From positions 1-59,429 of IMG/VR virus record IMGVR_UViG_3300049913_000005: a stretch of 59,429 nt of DNA. One strand, written 5' to 3'. This stretch comes from a virus. Its lineage: Duplodnaviria > Caudoviricetes. The notes beneath the pieces were generated by a model. It was not told the origin of the DNA. It did not search any database and worked only from the letters and a program-made list of their open reading frames with translations. Both the position numbers and the translations under genes were made by a program. The stretch's first letter is position 1; every line of letters begins with the position of its first letter. Shown piece by piece: positions 56,553 to 59,429 of the stretch.

Positions 56553-58105
56553 GATGTGAGATCTTTCATCCAGGTCTCAGCCATATCGATAAGGTATGTG
56601 GTAAGTGGTTCAGGATGCAATGGTGCGCAATTGATAAGAGAGATCACACCAATCATCTCGATATCGCGAAGATTAAGTTCATTGCAGTTACGTATGAATT
56701 CTCGAATCATTTCGAGGTAGTCACGGCCTTCAACCCAGGGGGTAAAGTTACCGTGACGCACACGTTCCCAATGAACAACACATCCAGCCATTAACTTGGC
56801 GAGATCGTATCGCAGATCACCCCACGGGTTACCTTCAAAGTCTGAGCGCCAGTCGATTCCGATCGGTGTGTTGTAGACGTCATCGTTACGTTCCCATGGA
56901 ATGATGATGATGTTACCGAAGTTAAAATCACCATGTGCTGGGCCGGATAGAACACCACGCGCGATGTCGTCCCAACGAACACACATCAATATGTGCTTTG
57001 CACGTCGCTGCAATTCCGCAGGTAGCGTCGCGATACGGTTCATCGTTTTATCAAAGTAAAAGCGACGTGTGGTGTGCACTATGTCATCGGTTGCACATGC
57101 ATTTGGTATACGAATGGGCCAGATAATCGACGCCCATGCGTCCAAAATTTGTTGCACGATCCAATACTCATTCATTACGATTGCTTTATACGCCGTGACA
57201 CCTGGGGCATATTCATATGCAAGCATATTCATATTATGCTCGCACGTATCAATGAGACTGGGCACGAACGAGTCAAGAATGTCACAACGATCACGACTGA
57301 TACTGGTCATAAGCGGGTCAGCGTACCATTTAATGACACGACCGATCTCCGGTAGTACGTATGTCGCTTGTCGTTCCTTCGACCAGTCGATGCCTTCGCG
57401 TCGCACAACTTCATTGTGGTATGACGTGGCGTCGCCGACATCAGTCCAGTCAATGTGCATCACTTTTAACGGTGAACCTAACGCAGACAGCGCGATAAAT
57501 CCACCAGATACCTGTACCTCATTGTCGATCGACTCGCCGGATGCAACACCGGTCCAGAAGTCATCGAGGTCTTCACGAACGACTTGTGCTAATCCCGTGT
57601 ATACATACTGCTCAAATCCATGAAAACCTTCGTGCCCACTGACTGGTTTTTTATCAAGTATCTCGATGATGTCGCTATTGTTGGCGTAGACCCGGCACCA
57701 ACGTTCAGGTTTTGTATTATGCGGAATCGGCGCAACTGCGGCCCACGATGACGTACGCGTCCACATGGTTTCATCACGTCGCCAGAGCGTGTCACACGAT
57801 GTAAAGATCATATCTTCATCGCCAACGACGTGACGCGCTATCAGCAATGATCCCCCTGGGCCGATTGGGTTATCGTCTGTGACGAACTCGATCGGCGTAA
57901 ACGGGTGCGCCAGCCGCGTATACTCCTTGATCTGGCCACCATTATGACCAATCACAATGATGATGCGCGAACCGTATGGCGCGAGATCAATGATATGCGA
58001 AAGAACAGCCTTACCGCCCAGGGGGACAAGGGCCTTATGCAATGATTTACCGACACGCCCGATACGACTGCCTTTACCCGCGGCGAGAATCACAAATGCT
58101 GTCAC
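56549..58105 (-). CDS. Sugar nucleotidyltransferase fused to an APH/choline-kinase-like sugar kinase
   Basis: ILAAGKGSR....K.L.P, SCD, DKKP, W.DVG; C-terminal HGDFNFGNI, IDWR, GD.RYDLAKL. Confidence 0.85.
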   Translation of the reverse strand: MTAFVILAAGKGSRIGRVGKSLHKALVPLGGKAVLSHIIDLAPYGSRIIIVIGHNGGQIKEYTRLAHPFTPIEFVTDDNPIGPGGSLLIARHVVGDEDMIFTSCDTLWRRDETMWTRTSSWAAVAPIPHNTKPERWCRVYANNSDIIEILDKKPVSGHEGFHGFEQYVYTGLAQVVREDLDDFWTGVASGESIDNEVQVSGGFIALSALGSPLKVMHIDWTDVGDATSYHNEVVRREGIDWSKERQATYVLPEIGRVIKWYADPLMTSISRDRCDILDSFVPSLIDTCEHNMNMLAYEYAPGVTAYKAIVMNEYWIVQQILDAWASIIWPIRIPNACATDDIVHTTRRFYFDKTMNRIATLPAELQRRAKHILMCVRWDDIARGVLSGPAHGDFNFGNIIIIPWERNDDVYNTPIGIDWRSDFEGNPWGDLRYDLAKLMAGCVVHWERVRHGNFTPWVEGRDYLEMIREFIRNCNELNLRDIEMIGVISLINCAPLHPEPLTTYLIDMAETWMKDLTS

Positions 58106-58503
58106 GCGTCCGCCCTACCATATGAGTCATTTACACGATGAATGTCATCGTCACCACCGACACATACCTCGAGATACAGTAGTTCACCAATAACCTGATG
58201 CAAGAAACCTGGCTCGATCGTCGTACCGGTTACAGCATTCGCGGTCGTTACGCCGTCTTGCTCAACAATACGTCCGTTACCTTCGCACGGGAATAGCATC
58301 TCGACCTTCTCGTCGTGATACTGCATCGACGTGCACTGCTCATGCTTGACGTGGATGACCTTCAGTTTCAGTTCATCGCCGATTTCAATGATATACTCAT
58401 GCCCCCACGGTTTCTCGACGCGTCGAATCGTCGCTTCGCGAAGCATCTCAATAAGTATGATACCAAGATGTTTAGCCAGCCCTGATCGCTGCACGAATAA
58501 CAC
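58102..58503 (-). CDS. Cupin sugar-phosphate isomerase (type II mannose-6-P isomerase C-terminal-like); start probably 58446
   Basis: VEKPWGHE, S.QYH..K.E, H, D..R..D.YGR. Confidence 0.8.
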   Translation of the reverse strand: MLFVQRSGLAKHLGIILIEMLREATIRRVEKPWGHEYIIEIGDELKLKVIHVKHEQCTSMQYHDEKVEMLFPCEGNGRIVEQDGVTTANAVTGTTIEPGFLHQVIGELLYLEVCVGGDDDIHRVNDSYGRADA

Positions 58504-59389
58504 TCCTTACATATTCTTCACGTGGTGTATCAAGCGTGCAGATTTCTTTTACCTCAGGTTCATTGAGAATGTATCGTACGCCGCACTTTGCATGATCATA
58601 CTTACTACCGACATACAGTCCATTCTGTTGCGTGTCAAACCATCGCTTCCAGTGACCTGCGGCATATGCACGATCAAGCAACTCACGCGTAATGTCAAAG
58701 TCAAGTACGTCCAGAAGCGCTTCCGTCTCTACGAGTGCAAGTTCAGGTGCAAGGTTGTAGTAATCGAGTACATCATCGAACCTATTACGGTTACCGACCC
58801 AGTCCATGTTATGCGCTTTTAATGCAATGTCGTTGTCATACGCGAATCGTGCATAACGACGAAGTAAGTTGACCGATATCGGCGTACCGCACTGTCGATC
58901 GTTTCTCACTAATGTACCGATCGAGACAACAGCCGCCGCGATACGATCAGTATCGACAACCACAAACGCCGTTGCGAGTAAGTCATCATTGTGATCTTGA
59001 GAGATATGTTCGCCACCGATATCGAACATTACGTTAGCATCATGGTAGCATTGAAGTATCGCCATCTGCGCTCGAAGTGTCGACGCCCATGAGTCGTATG
59101 TCGCAGCAGTGACATCTACGTGAAGAATATCGAATCCAGCCTCGATGTCGGCATCGAATGATGCGAAACCGTCATCGCCTTTGCCACTCTGGTTAGGTCC
59201 GCCATGGTCACGGACAATCTTCGTACTAAATGAGTGATACCGAACGATGTCGACAAGTTCCCCCTGGGTTAACCCAGTGTAACCGCCGTCGATATCCACT
59301 TGTCGACGCGATGCAATGATCTGCGTGACGTTCAGTTTTGCGGCTTCCTCAATGACTCGCAGTGATGTCGCACCCACGCATAAACGCAT
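58472..59389 (-). CDS. GatZ/KbaZ-like tagatose-phosphate epimerase (aldolase-fold)
   Basis: ASRRQVD..GGYTG, RDHGGP, GFD.LH.D, K.HN.D, N.APE. Confidence 0.75.
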   Translation of the reverse strand: MRLCVGATSLRVIEEAAKLNVTQIIASRRQVDIDGGYTGLTQGELVDIVRYHSFSTKIVRDHGGPNQSGKGDDGFASFDADIEAGFDILHVDVTAATYDSWASTLRAQMAILQCYHDANVMFDIGGEHISQDHNDDLLATAFVVVDTDRIAAAVVSIGTLVRNDRQCGTPISVNLLRRYARFAYDNDIALKAHNMDWVGNRNRFDDVLDYYNLAPELALVETEALLDVLDFDITRELLDRAYAAGHWKRWFDTQQNGLYVGSKYDHAKCGVRYILNEPEVKEICTLDTPREEYVRSVIRAAIRAG

Positions 59390-59429
59390 TCTTCACCTCA
59401 TCCATGAGTTCTTGCGTCGTCTGGTTAGT

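Noticed and set aside
1593-59268. CCCCCTGGG as a codon or amino-acid bias, CRISPR repeat or stoperator
   Set aside because: It occurs in several frames and on both strands, is dispersed rather than arrayed, and is not oriented with transcription
59303-59429. Terminal repeat as a biological direct terminal repeat
   Set aside because: It is exactly 127 bp and cuts through coding sequence, which fits an assembler k-mer overlap

Overview
The window is a complete, circularly assembled tailed dsDNA phage genome of about 59.3 kb; bases 1-127 recur exactly at 59303-59429. It looks like a siphovirus of Actinomycetota (WhiB, DUF1906 lysin, actinophage-type head and tail genes). I found no integrase, so it is probably lytic. 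The plus strand carries primase-helicase, an iterated origin, lysis, packaging, head, tail and three sugar-transfer genes (about 12.0-45.85 kb). The minus strand carries early genes, replication/recombination genes and nucleotide-modification genes. Three things stand out. (1) An apparent T4-like cytosine hypermodification pathway: a thymidylate-synthase-fold enzyme with the dCMP-specifying Asp, a dNMP kinase-UDG fusion, dCMP deaminase, a dCTPase/dUTPase and a T4 beta-glucosyltransferase-like enzyme. It comes with its own NDP-sugar operon (HAD phosphatase, GatZ-like epimerase, cupin isomerase, nucleotidyltransferase-kinase) and a C5-methyltransferase homologue with altered SAM-binding motifs. 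(2) A 9-10 bp motif, CCCCCTGGG(T), present about 41 times by manual count, on both strands, inside genes and in several reading frames, roughly every 1.3-1.4 kb. (3) Anti-defence candidates (Tad2-like, Acb1-like 2H phosphoesterase, MuF-ADP-ribosyltransferase, NADAR) and two tRNA-like RNAs with remodelled anticodon arms. All family calls come from recognising motifs by eye; no database searches were run.
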